This document shows positions 35,797 through 45,860 of a stretch of 64,000 nt of DNA, in pieces; positions within the stretch are counted from its first letter, which is position 1; every line of letters begins with the position of its first letter. The notes below the pieces were generated by a model, which saw only the letters and a program-made list of their open reading frames with translations, ran no database searches and was not told the DNA's origin. The translations under genes were made by a program, and so were the position numbers. Location: the IMG/VR virus record IMGVR_UViG_3300025133_009608, positions 1-64,000 of that record; one strand, given 5' to 3'.

Positions 35797-38235
35797 CTAC
35801 TTTTTGATTAATGACTTGTTTTGCAACCAAGCATAATTCGCTCTGTAGTTTCCAGTAGGAGTACTCATTGCCACTCCATGAGATTGACGCTTCTGTTCTA
35901 ATCCATTCTCCACAAGTCCGCCGCGACCAATTGCGTCAGAAACAACAATTGCCTTTGGATGTGCATCATGAATTAAATCTTCTCCGGTCTCATCGTGAAG
36001 CATGTAGTGCTCCTTATAGTCAGCCTTTCTTTTTTCTAGGCCCTCATCACACAAGCTGCTAAGCCCTGCATAATAAGCTTTCATATACTTATCATCACTA
36101 TTCTGACCCAATAAGGCGTCCTTATAATAAGATTTTGTACAATCGTCAGCAATTTTACTTAAATTGCCTTCATTATCCACATTATTTATGGAATTCTTTT
36201 TTGTCTCTTCAGTTGCGATTAGCGCAAACTTCTTGAGCTCATTAATTCTTTTGTTCATTCCAAACACTCCTCCTATGGAACCGTCACTCTGTGAGTCCGG
36301 AGAGGGGCCGCGTGGAGCCGCGCCATCTGAGGGTGCAGATGGTGGTGCTATCATTTGGTTTCTCATCCTTCTCTCTGCGGCTTGCTCTCGAGTATTGCTT
36401 CGTCTTCCTCCGAATCCGTGAAAAAGTCCAGATCCTGGAGCTCCACCTTCACGAGCCGCGTCATAAAAGCTACGCAACCCTCTATCTTCAATTAATTGAT
36501 TTCCAATTGACCGACTTCTAAATGCGCCCGTCGTCAAGAGGGCGTGTGCTGCGCGATTTGCCGCATACTGAATAAGGTGCGAGTCTGGAACTTCCTGAAG
36601 CCTTGCATCCGCTCGAAGCCTTGCAAGTTCAGATGTATATATCGCTCGACCGACCGCCTCATCTAAAGATAGTGCCAGCTCTGGCCCTGCAAGCCTGATG
36701 TCTCCGGCATTTCTTATGTGCTCTGTCCTTATCTCGGTTGGAATATTTACGAAACGAACCCCATATCCATCGAATACTACCGGCTCCTGAAACTCCACCT
36801 TTACCGGCGGAGTTCTCGTTTCAAAGCCTGGAGAAAATACTCTATTTGGATCATAATTCCTAGTAGTCCTGGCTCCGGAGCCGGCCTGTCCGGACATCAT
36901 TCTGCTCAACCAGCCTTCGAGCTCATTGCCCGCGCCCTCAAGGCAATCACGGAGAGATAAAATCGCCGCCGATGCGTGGAGCCAAGTATTCATATCAGTG
37001 GTGCTTGCCTCCAAATCATTTCCGTTAGTTTCGATATATGAAGCTAGCTGATTTACTGTACCATTCAGAGCGAGCGCCGTAGCAACGGCAGACTCCGAGT
37101 TAGCACCAGTTATGGCCTCGGGATTCATGGATCCAAGTCCTATAATCTCATCCAAACCCTCTCTATTTCCAATAATATCAGATACCATTCTATCAAATTC
37201 CGTCTGATATGCAGGATCGGCAAACCCCACCGAAGATATCTTATCTATAGTATCATCTACGCTACTAGCGCAGCTAGAATATCTTGATCCTATTGATGAC
37301 CACATCCCTGGGGGCCATGTTGGACGCTCTTGTGCTCCGGGGCCATCGGGGGCGAAAAACCCCTTGACCCAGCGGACAAGGCTGCTTCCTAAATATATAT
37401 AAGCTCCTGCCAGTATCGCGGTGTAAAGCGCTCCTCGCATAACAATGCCTCCGACCGACGCCCCTATGCCCCTTCTTGCTGCACCTCCGGCTCGACCGGC
37501 GCTCTGCAGTCCTTCCAGGCGCCCAGTTAAGCGGGCTATCTCTGCAGCATCCTCTGCTCTATCGGCAGCCCTGAGCTCGTCCAATCTGCGCGTTACATCC
37601 GCCAATTCATCGCTATGCCTTGCTCCAAGTTCAGCCAATTCATCGCCGTGCCGAAGCGCAGCCTCAGCCTCAGCCGCTGCGGCCCTGGGACCCCTAAGCA
37701 GCCCATCCATAACCTCGTCTGCATTTCCTGTGACCCCGGCGTCTTGAAGCGCGGCCCGAATCATCCTGGGGTCTATATCCCCTCCAGTATGAGCCTGTCT
37801 CGCTAACAAGTTTAGTGTGAAATTTTCTGCTTGACCTGGGGATCGAAATGAACGCACCAAATCCAGTCTACCTATCCCCGAACGCTCCAGGAGAACCAAG
37901 GCCTCGGCCGGAGAGCTAAAATTCAGCGCCGTGGACAACTTTCTTGATGCAGCAGCGCCATGCCTTACTATTCCGGCACCGGCCGGAGAAAAATAATCCG
38001 TCAAAAAGCCAGAGCCAGAAGTCCAAGTGCGGGCCTGAGCTGTACCGGGGCGCCCCACAGTAATTGTAGCCCTAGGAGATGGAGTTACGCGATCAGTACC
38101 CCTTAGGACCTCGGCAAGCTCATCGATTGTGGTTAATCTCCCGGCTTCTTTTTTTATTTCACGGCGAGATGCAAACTTCTCCATGGAGGCAATGAAATTA
38201 TTAAATACATCAGATTTTTCAGAACTATTTATCAT
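35797..38235 (-). CDS. Large putative internal head/ejection protein
   Basis: G/A/R-rich core with one hydrophobic segment, flanked by KKEAG and KKFAL/KIAD motifs. Confidence 0.45.
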   Translation of the reverse strand: MINSSEKSDVFNNFIASMEKFASRREIKKEAGRLTTIDELAEVLRGTDRVTPSPRATITVGRPGTAQARTWTSGSGFLTDYFSPAGAGIVRHGAAASRKLSTALNFSSPAEALVLLERSGIGRLDLVRSFRSPGQAENFTLNLLARQAHTGGDIDPRMIRAALQDAGVTGNADEVMDGLLRGPRAAAAEAEAALRHGDELAELGARHSDELADVTRRLDELRAADRAEDAAEIARLTGRLEGLQSAGRAGGAARRGIGASVGGIVMRGALYTAILAGAYIYLGSSLVRWVKGFFAPDGPGAQERPTWPPGMWSSIGSRYSSCASSVDDTIDKISSVGFADPAYQTEFDRMVSDIIGNREGLDEIIGLGSMNPEAITGANSESAVATALALNGTVNQLASYIETNGNDLEASTTDMNTWLHASAAILSLRDCLEGAGNELEGWLSRMMSGQAGSGARTTRNYDPNRVFSPGFETRTPPVKVEFQEPVVFDGYGVRFVNIPTEIRTEHIRNAGDIRLAGPELALSLDEAVGRAIYTSELARLRADARLQEVPDSHLIQYAANRAAHALLTTGAFRSRSIGNQLIEDRGLRSFYDAAREGGAPGSGLFHGFGGRRSNTREQAAERRMRNQMIAPPSAPSDGAAPRGPSPDSQSDGSIGGVFGMNKRINELKKFALIATEETKKNSINNVDNEGNLSKIADDCTKSYYKDALLGQNSDDKYMKAYYAGLSSLCDEGLEKRKADYKEHYMLHDETGEDLIHDAHPKAIVVSDAIGRGGLVENGLEQKRQSHGVAMSTPTGNYRANYAWLQNKSLIKK

Positions 38236-38237
38236 TA

Positions 38238-38669
38238 CTATCCCTCCAGGATTTCATCAATTGTTCTTTCAATCTTGTAAGCCAGAATGACGTCTCCGCT
38301 ATCTATAGCTTTCTTGATCATTCCGCGAAGATCTTTTATTACAGCCTCTTTGGTATCTTCTGATTCTTCTTCAGAGATCTCTTCGAAGTCCTCTTCGGCA
38401 TCTTCTGCCAAATTAAGCTTGCCAATTTCATTCCCAAGCTCAGAAACAGACTTGGCAGCCAAGTCTGCAGACTTGGCAGCCTCATCGGCTCCAGACTTAA
38501 TATCTGAAAGCTCTTTATTTTCCGCCATCTTTTTCTGTAGGATCTCTAGCCTATGAATATTGGAGATTACCGCCTTCTCCATCTCTCGCATTACCTCACT
38601 ATCGTTATAGTGAGCGCGATCTTCTTTGCTCCATGTCCTAGACATATTCAAATCTCCGTTAAATATCAT
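38238..38669 (-). CDS. Acidic head-module protein
   Basis: Helical E/K-rich ORF in the head operon. Confidence 0.55.
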   Translation of the reverse strand: MIFNGDLNMSRTWSKEDRAHYNDSEVMREMEKAVISNIHRLEILQKKMAENKELSDIKSGADEAAKSADLAAKSVSELGNEIGKLNLAEDAEEDFEEISEEESEDTKEAVIKDLRGMIKKAIDSGDVILAYKIERTIDEILEG

Positions 38670-38713
38670 AATATTAGAATAAATTAGTAGTTTTAATAAC
38701 TAACTTTATTTGC

Positions 38714-39406
38714 TTATAAAAGCATAAACTCCAAAGTGCCAATAGCTGCACTTGGGGGCCCGGTACACAATGCGACTCCTGGGTGATTCGCAGTTGGCTG
38801 TTTTGATGTTAATTTCCCATCCAATCCAACATATAGTGTTGCATTCAATGGATACATTTGAGTGGTGTCAAATTGGTCTGTGGCATAAATTCCACGTTGA
38901 TAATGAATCGTTATTCTTCCGGTTCCAATCGTAGTGTCGTCGCCAGGGCGTCCTGCGACTCGATAAATATAATTGGTTATCATCCTAAAGCTATCATTCT
39001 GTCCGTCGCCGCTTGAATCATAATTTAATTCAGTACCGGCGGGCACGGTAACTACGCCATTTACATTATTTAAAATAACTGACAATGTTGAAGTAAAGCT
39101 GCTCTCGATTAAGTTTGGGAACTCCAGCACCCCAGTCAGGTCTTCTGTTGACACTCTTTTCCCATCTGAGTTTATTTCAGACGAAGCCACACTTACAATT
39201 ACTATTTCATCAATTTGGGTTTTTGTAAATGCCGTAGTTCTAACGTCATCTATAATTCCAAGAGGGGCCGTACCATCACTAACACTAGCAACAGAATCGT
39301 TCCCTATTAGCCCGAGCTGAGCAAACATTCCCGGCTCAAATTCAGCGGTTGGATCAACTGCCAAACTCATCGGCATTGCATTACCTGCATGAATAAGCTT
39401 TAACAA
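38714..39406 (-). CDS. Second capsid decoration-like protein
   Basis: N-terminus MLKLIHAG..P...VDP resembles MALKLLNPGLRP of 35039..35701. C-terminal YPLNATLYVGLDGKLTS. Confidence 0.5.
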   Translation of the reverse strand: MLKLIHAGNAMPMSLAVDPTAEFEPGMFAQLGLIGNDSVASVSDGTAPLGIIDDVRTTAFTKTQIDEIVIVSVASSEINSDGKRVSTEDLTGVLEFPNLIESSFTSTLSVILNNVNGVVTVPAGTELNYDSSGDGQNDSFRMITNYIYRVAGRPGDDTTIGTGRITIHYQRGIYATDQFDTTQMYPLNATLYVGLDGKLTSKQPTANHPGVALCTGPPSAAIGTLEFMLL

Positions 39407-39487
39407 ACCATTTACTCCATAAAATAATAAACAAAAAGAGGAGGGATTTTTACCTCCCTCCCCTTATCTTACTATTAGTAAAAACTT

Positions 39488-39991
39488 TTAGTTGCTAACA
39501 ATGTTAGAAATTGTAGCCCTTACCATGTCTCCTGCGAAAGTATCTCCGTCTCTATCAAAATCTCCTGCGAGTTTTTCCAGATTACCGACCAACGAGCCTC
39601 TCTCTGCTGCTTCCTTCTTAATATCATCGCTAATACTAATTGCGGTTGCCTCAACCATATCTGCAGCAAACCCCTCGCCCTTAAGGCGAAGACTTGCGGC
39701 AATCTTCCCAAGGCCCGTCATAATCTGCATGTCTCTACTTGCAAAGGCTTCGACTTCCTTGTCAATTGCCGCTGCCACCGGGTCGGCGGCTGGGGCGTTC
39801 TGGTCTACGAGAAAGTCTTCGGCCTTTTCTTCTACTTCTGCTGCGAGATTGTCTAATACAGATTCGGAATCAGAGTCAGAAGCGAAATCACTTTCTGCCT
39901 TTGCAATTGCCTCTTTCCGGAGTCCAGGAGCCTCGGTGAGCCTTATAAACTCACCGAGGATGGAATTTCCATTTCTTTTCAGACTGATCAT
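39488..39991 (-). CDS. Head-module protein with two LxK[IL]AxxLxxxG helical-hairpin motifs
   Basis: LGKIAASLRLKGEGFAADMV and LEKLAGDFDRDGDTFAGDMV. Confidence 0.55.
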   Translation of the reverse strand: MISLKRNGNSILGEFIRLTEAPGLRKEAIAKAESDFASDSDSESVLDNLAAEVEEKAEDFLVDQNAPAADPVAAAIDKEVEAFASRDMQIMTGLGKIAASLRLKGEGFAADMVEATAISISDDIKKEAAERGSLVGNLEKLAGDFDRDGDTFAGDMVRATISNIVSN

Positions 39992-39994
39992 GGG

Positions 39995-42900
39995 TTACTC
40001 CCAGAGCGAAGAAAGGGAGGTTGCGGTCATTCGACCCTCGGATGGGGCGGCATCAGTTTCAACTCCAACATTTACACCACCAAGATCTGAAGCAATCTTT
40101 GTAGTGTGAACTGCTCGTGCATTAGCAATGCTTCGCTTAAAGGCTTCAAATGCCTTTCCGTCAAATGACATAATCTCATCCACTTGATTGTCCAAGGCAA
40201 CCTTTGACATGGGAAGAAGGCCCTTGCGCTGCATTTCCATGCCTACATCATAGGCCCTTCTAAGCATTACTCGGTATTCCTCTCTGCCTTCATCTGCCTT
40301 CTTCTCGGCAAAGCTTTCGCTTAGTTTTGCTTTAATTACTGACGCAGAATCCGACCCAGAAGCTTCTTTAGTAGCATCGGCAGCAGAAGCAGAGACCTCT
40401 ACTGAAGCCTCTATTGCTTCCGTGGCAACCGTCGAGACGGGAGCCTCGGCAGTGGCCGACCTGAGAAGGTCCGCTCTACGTGCGGCACGAGCCTCTAGCA
40501 CTTTACGATCGGCATTTCTAAGAATGCCCTCACGACGCTGACGACGAAGACTCATTGCATCCTTTACCAGAGCATCAACCTCGCTAGAGGCTTCGGTCTC
40601 GATAGGTACCGGAAGATCTGACTCAAGAACGTCATTAACCATGGACTCATCCAGTGGGTCTTCTACGCAATTAAGGGGATCTTCTGCGCAATTAAGGGGA
40701 TCTTCTACATATCCGATTTCTTCTCCTGCGCATGGTTCTGCGGTCTTTGTCATTGCTCTCGCAACTCTGATAAGAGCCTTGGCCTCACCGGTTACCTCGT
40801 CGCAATCTTTTACGGCCGCGGATGCGAGCTTAGTAAAGTGACCGCGCTGTTCAGCAGACAACTTAGACAGGTTGTCATAAGTCTCGGCGACCATCGATAT
40901 TTCATCAGCAGACTCGTCGAGCTGACTATGCGCCGTCTTGAGTTGGCGCACAATTTCAGCAGCCAAAGAAAGCGTCTCCTCTGCGTCTCCGCCGGCGTCT
41001 CCTCCGGGCATGATGTTTACGTCAACATCGGCAACACGATCGTCGGCCAGTTGGTCTGCAAGGTCACGAACCTCTGAGATTAGGCCTTCCATTTCGGCAA
41101 GCCTATTATCAATAGCCTCACCTGGAGGGACCTCTTCTTCTGCGAGTGACTCTTCCATAGGGGCCTCGTCCATAGGTGGAAGCTCCGGCATTCCGCCGGC
41201 CTCCATCGATGGAGCTTCAGCAAGCTCTGCGCCCATCGGCGGAAGCTCTGGCATCGGAGCCGCACCAACATCCTGCGCACCCTTAAGGAGGCCGCGCACA
41301 TGCTCGAGGCCGCTGGCGCGAATTTGCTTACAGACTTCTTGACCATACTCTCTACTTGCAAGCCACTTCCACTGGCCATCAAGCTCTTCGCCAAATATCT
41401 CTCCAGCAGTTGCTGTAATTACATTATCATCGCCAGAAAATACGCTAAACTCAGAATTCTCGCGATCAACGCTTCCATCCGAAGCCTTTTTCACGGAAAG
41501 CTTTGTCTTTAGTCCTGGGCCAGTATATGCCGCACGACTAAGCTTGCCCTTAACCTCTGCGTCACCGGGGTGCATACCATCTGCCCCACCCATGCTGCCA
41601 GTCTGCTGCATTTGCTTGTCCTGGTTGTCTCTAATGCTTTTCTGTGCCGCACCCTCATCCTTGTAGGTTCCGGTTGGCTCTACGCCTTCCGATCCGCCCT
41701 GATGATAGGCCGTGCGACGAATTCTGCGCTCTTCGAGCTCTGCACGACTAAGCTTGCCCTTAACCTCTGCGTCACCGGGGTGCATACCATCTGCCCCACC
41801 CATGCTGCCAGTCTGCTGCATTTGCTTGTCCTGGTTGTCTCTAATGCTTTTCTGTGCCGCACCCTCATCCTTGTAGGTTCCGGTTGGCTCTACACCGTCC
41901 GCGCCGCCTTGGTGATAAGCAACACGACGACGCATCTCTGCTCTCTTGCGTAATCTTGACTCGTTCATAATTTCCTCCATTATTGAATTTATTGAAATGT
42001 CATCTACATAATCTCCAAGCCCGTTATTATCACTCGCGAATGCGACTGACGGTTCACTCAACCCAGGAGGTGGGACTGGAATAACCCCTCCTGCGTCGTT
42101 TTCAAAATCTGGCGCCTCTCCAGTGTCGCTGCCAAACATGGTTGGCGTCGGAAGATCTGGAGTTGGCAATGCGGCCGGCTCACCGGACACAGTTGTATTC
42201 TCTGCCAGAGAAGTCTCTGGAAGGTTTGTGTTTAAAATATTTTTTAGCTTATCGATTGCAGCTTTAACCTCTGGGGAGTCGGAATTTCCATACTCCTCTA
42301 TGGTCCTTACAATTGCTGATATCTTTGAGGCATCTGCAATCTCGGATGATGACAGATTAGAAGTCTGCTCTGCAACTTCAAGAGCAACCGCAGAAGGCTC
42401 TTCCGCCTCCTTCACTAGGCCATTATTCCCAAGAAAGCTTTTTACAATGCTCTCTCTTCTGGTTAGCGAGCATCCGTCAGGACCACACGCAGTCTTCATT
42501 ATTCCATTCAAATGCTCGGCCTGTTGGACAGATAGCCTCCCAAGCATCGCGTCAACATCTTCAACGCCATGGGATATAAACTCATTTCTATAGTCTCTTA
42601 GTGAGGCAACCACCTTTAGCAGTACTGCTCCCGGCTCGGCCGGAGTTACTACAAGGCTATATTCAATCGGCTTTAATCCGACATTCACCTCTCCGTAGGC
42701 AGTGTGATTCGTAACGTGCGGGCAGTAATCACTCTGAACTTGTGCTCGATTCCCACAGTCAGTGCATATCGACGTCTCGACGGCGGTGCCCATGGACCCG
42801 TACCGAACCATGCCAGTCTCTACCTTTCTTGCCAGGTCTGGGTAATTGACCTTGTCTAAGGCACACAGGCCAACAACTTGCTTGAACTTTTCGTCGTAGT

Positions 42901-43321
42901 GAGTATCCAAAATAATTCCACGAATTCCGTCCACAGAGCTTGATTCGTGATCACGACATAGCGGCATTCCAACCCACTTAGTGGTTGCCTTCTTTAGTTC
43001 GCTCTCTGGAAATAGATCGCCATTATTATTTTTATGCGGATCCACGTTTCCATGCCACTTCCAATCTTCATCATAAAAGCCCCAAGCATCCTCTCCGCTT
43101 GCGAGCTTCTTTGGAAGCCCGTTCTCTCCGAGAATCGCCGACTCAGCAGCCTTTAAGAATATAATTGAAAAGTATAGAAAATCGTCCGACTTGGGAGCAA
43201 TAGATCTTATATCATTTGCAAGCTTTGTCATGCGGTCTACCAAAACTTTATTTGCCAAAATTTCTTTGGTAGAAACGGACTTAATCACAGTCCCGGACGA
43301 ATAGCTAACTTTCTTAATCAT
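39995..43321 (-). CDS. Prohead protease (HK97/assemblin fold) fused to long scaffold
   Basis: NNNGDLFPESEL, LCRDH (His), YGSMG (Ser), CTDCG..CPH zinc site, EYSLVVTPAEPGA; acidic coiled-coil C-terminal region. Confidence 0.75.
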   Translation of the reverse strand: MIKKVSYSSGTVIKSVSTKEILANKVLVDRMTKLANDIRSIAPKSDDFLYFSIIFLKAAESAILGENGLPKKLASGEDAWGFYDEDWKWHGNVDPHKNNNGDLFPESELKKATTKWVGMPLCRDHESSSVDGIRGIILDTHYDEKFKQVVGLCALDKVNYPDLARKVETGMVRYGSMGTAVETSICTDCGNRAQVQSDYCPHVTNHTAYGEVNVGLKPIEYSLVVTPAEPGAVLLKVVASLRDYRNEFISHGVEDVDAMLGRLSVQQAEHLNGIMKTACGPDGCSLTRRESIVKSFLGNNGLVKEAEEPSAVALEVAEQTSNLSSSEIADASKISAIVRTIEEYGNSDSPEVKAAIDKLKNILNTNLPETSLAENTTVSGEPAALPTPDLPTPTMFGSDTGEAPDFENDAGGVIPVPPPGLSEPSVAFASDNNGLGDYVDDISINSIMEEIMNESRLRKRAEMRRRVAYHQGGADGVEPTGTYKDEGAAQKSIRDNQDKQMQQTGSMGGADGMHPGDAEVKGKLSRAELEERRIRRTAYHQGGSEGVEPTGTYKDEGAAQKSIRDNQDKQMQQTGSMGGADGMHPGDAEVKGKLSRAAYTGPGLKTKLSVKKASDGSVDRENSEFSVFSGDDNVITATAGEIFGEELDGQWKWLASREYGQEVCKQIRASGLEHVRGLLKGAQDVGAAPMPELPPMGAELAEAPSMEAGGMPELPPMDEAPMEESLAEEEVPPGEAIDNRLAEMEGLISEVRDLADQLADDRVADVDVNIMPGGDAGGDAEETLSLAAEIVRQLKTAHSQLDESADEISMVAETYDNLSKLSAEQRGHFTKLASAAVKDCDEVTGEAKALIRVARAMTKTAEPCAGEEIGYVEDPLNCAEDPLNCVEDPLDESMVNDVLESDLPVPIETEASSEVDALVKDAMSLRRQRREGILRNADRKVLEARAARRADLLRSATAEAPVSTVATEAIEASVEVSASAADATKEASGSDSASVIKAKLSESFAEKKADEGREEYRVMLRRAYDVGMEMQRKGLLPMSKVALDNQVDEIMSFDGKAFEAFKRSIANARAVHTTKIASDLGGVNVGVETDAAPSEGRMTATSLSSLWE
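40656..40708. repeat. 21-bp coding tandem repeat (EDPLNC x2.5)
   Basis: ggatcttct[ag]cgcaattaagg repeated. Confidence 0.8.
41532..41893. repeat. 210-bp-period coding duplication in scaffold region
   Basis: 41532..41683 is identical to 41742..41893. Confidence 0.9.
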
Positions 43322-43446
43322 TTAATAAATCCAAACCATTACAGACTCTACGGTCAAAAACCTCAATATTGAGGCTCGCAGTATATTTTAGTAATGAATA
43401 TTAGTCACAAAATCAATTTGTGTAGTTTTTTTATACATTACTTCTG

Positions 43447-43629
43447 CTATTTTTCATCTTCAGTCTTTTTTGTTTCAGATTCATCAGAAATCTGATCTTT
43501 GAGCGCCTTGATTCGGCGATCATCGGAGTCGGCGTCCATATATACAACCCCGTCCTCTCTTTTTTCTTCTTTCTTCTTGCTATTTTTTACAAAAAGCTTC
43601 TTTGTTTTGTCGCCAAACTTAATAAACAT
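43447..43629 (-). CDS. Small charged protein
   Basis: Co-oriented ORF between the DUF192 fusion and the protease. Confidence 0.45.
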   Translation of the reverse strand: MFIKFGDKTKKLFVKNSKKKEEKREDGVVYMDADSDDRRIKALKDQISDESETKKTEDEK

Positions 43630-43638
43630 TTGCCTATT

Positions 43639-45843
43639 TTACTCCGAAAGAATCAAAACACCCAAAATATTTGAGTTTATATATTTTCTCATTCTTTCAA
43701 TTGTCATTTTCAAATCTTCTCCGATTTTTTCAGACGAAGCGGTTGCATCAGAAAGCTCAGGAATAAATGTGGGTGTGCTTATTTTGTCGATTAGAGAAAA
43801 TACATTCTTTACGCTATCGGAAAATAATTTTGATGATCCGGCTAGGTTATGTACAATTTCAGAAGTAGTAGAAATATCCTTGATCTCATTCATAACCTTT
43901 ATTCCATCTCTAAGATCGATTAGCATCTTTTTTACTTTCCTAGAAACCCTCTTCGTAGACTGATTATATTGGCCCTTGCTATTTGCAATCAACGAATCAT
44001 TCCCCTGAACCTTTTCATATTCAGAAAGATTTTTACCTAGATTTTCTGATATCTCTACACATAGTTTTTCTGCTTTTTCAAAAAACTTATCCGCGTCTCT
44101 AGCCCGGGCCTTGGTTGTATTTGGAACCGGAACTCCAGCCCTCTTGGATAATGAATTAAATTTTATATTTTTTGTTAAATACTTCTGACTTGCAGCTGAA
44201 ACTATATGATCATCAGTGAACCCAGAAGGAATCATCATTACCTCCACTATGCTCTTTTGACTCAAAGTGGGTAGTTCTGTTTTTACCTTTGCGTGAATCA
44301 TTGAAGATAAAGCATTTTTATCTACATCCAAAACAGATGTTGCGATAACAACTCGCTCGCCGCGATCCAATGCCTTGCCGATCTTATTTATAATTGGGGA
44401 TGAGCTTAAAAAGTTATCTAAACTCTTTCCTCTGCCGACCGCTATGGCCATGTTTTTTCCGGACAGCTCCCAGAATCCTTGTCGTATTGCCGCTGACGTG
44501 GAAATTCGATACCCGTAACCTTCCCCCTTGCTTCCAGCGAAAGCATTATTATCTATATCTAAAAATACAGATTCATCGTCTATTCCTACCGGATTTCTTG
44601 GAAACATTCTTACTGTAGAGCTAGGCGACGACAACTCCTTATCTATATCAAATATAGCCACCGCAACCTTTGGGGCAGATGCTGGGGTCATTAGCTTATA
44701 TATGTCCATGTTGTTTGATTTTTTATTTATAGAAACAAGGTTGCCAGACCCCATCTTTACTATAGACCCAGCTGATTCGGATTCTTTAACCATAATAGTC
44801 CCAAGCCCCTGACGCTCAGCAACCCTGTATGCAATCGTCTCGGGCGCAGACAGCGCAGAGTTAAGAAATACAGAGTCACCTGGAGAGAACCCAGCCTCAG
44901 ATGATACTCCGCCATTTATCTCAAGAACAGTCTTTACTCTTGGGCATGAAAACAAATCCAAAGATCCTGGTTGAATATTTTTTGAAATCTTTACTACCCG
45001 GTCGTCCTCGTCGATAAATAGGATGTCTATCGGAAATCCGACCGTTCCCATGTGGTATGTTACATCCGATGGATTATCATACTTAAATAACAATCCAGAA
45101 TTACTTCCCAGCGCTCTATACGACTGAAGCCCGACGGCCTGCTCCTTGGCAGAAACAAGGGTTTTGCACAAAAAGCCAACGCTTGTCCCGTTGCTAGTAA
45201 TTACTCGAGCAATAGTTTGCGGATCTCTATCTTCTTTTTTCACCAAGGATCGGGTTCCTGCGCTCTTTATTATTTTGAATCCAACCGAATCTAAAAGTGA
45301 TGCATTCTTGCTATTAACAACCCCGAACGATCCGCTGGACAATTGGGAGTGTACATTTCTCAGGGCTGACTTGAGATCCTTTTCGCTCTTGAACTTGTTC
45401 GCTATAAGAAATCCATCAAATTTGGTATTAAAATTTATAAATCTAATATCACCGCGATAAGCTTTTGCCTCTTTTGTGCTCACTGCCGTATTAGAAAGGA
45501 TTGTAATTCCAAATTTTTTCGATGCAAGCTTCTTGCTCTTGCTTACTTGCTCTCCAACGGAGAGTACCGACCCCTCCTCGATTATATCGGCCATATCATC
45601 ACTTAAACTTATAAACTCCTCTAAATCTTCTGTATTTTCGTCTACACGCATAGACATTCCTCCGGAATAAGTCTGAGGAGTGCTTGGGTTGAGCTCGTCG
45701 CCACCTGACACTCCGGCTGATTCATGCCTTCCTCCCGTCATAGACAACGAGTCATACCCGCTTGTTCCTTGTGCTATTCCAGTGACCTCATCGTCAAATG
45801 ATTGATCATGAAAGTCTATAACTGGGTATGCTACTTTTCTCAC
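43639..45843 (-). CDS. Multidomain protein: degenerate SAM-methyltransferase-like segment, DUF192, C-terminal helical bundle
   Basis: DUF192: EQAVGLQ...SGLLFKY...YHMGTVGFPIDILFID...VLEINGG. Confidence 0.65.
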   Translation of the reverse strand: MRKVAYPVIDFHDQSFDDEVTGIAQGTSGYDSLSMTGGRHESAGVSGGDELNPSTPQTYSGGMSMRVDENTEDLEEFISLSDDMADIIEEGSVLSVGEQVSKSKKLASKKFGITILSNTAVSTKEAKAYRGDIRFINFNTKFDGFLIANKFKSEKDLKSALRNVHSQLSSGSFGVVNSKNASLLDSVGFKIIKSAGTRSLVKKEDRDPQTIARVITSNGTSVGFLCKTLVSAKEQAVGLQSYRALGSNSGLLFKYDNPSDVTYHMGTVGFPIDILFIDEDDRVVKISKNIQPGSLDLFSCPRVKTVLEINGGVSSEAGFSPGDSVFLNSALSAPETIAYRVAERQGLGTIMVKESESAGSIVKMGSGNLVSINKKSNNMDIYKLMTPASAPKVAVAIFDIDKELSSPSSTVRMFPRNPVGIDDESVFLDIDNNAFAGSKGEGYGYRISTSAAIRQGFWELSGKNMAIAVGRGKSLDNFLSSSPIINKIGKALDRGERVVIATSVLDVDKNALSSMIHAKVKTELPTLSQKSIVEVMMIPSGFTDDHIVSAASQKYLTKNIKFNSLSKRAGVPVPNTTKARARDADKFFEKAEKLCVEISENLGKNLSEYEKVQGNDSLIANSKGQYNQSTKRVSRKVKKMLIDLRDGIKVMNEIKDISTTSEIVHNLAGSSKLFSDSVKNVFSLIDKISTPTFIPELSDATASSEKIGEDLKMTIERMRKYINSNILGVLILSE

Positions 45844-45860
45844 TTTGCCCTCCAGGCATT

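Noticed and set aside
39433-39460. Possible terminator downstream of 39488..39991
   Set aside because: The stem has a mismatch and a wobble; too weak to call.
43356-43374. Palindrome CCTCAATATTGAGG plus T5 upstream of the protease gene
   Set aside because: Only a 5-bp stem if looped; cannot tell terminator from operator or chance.
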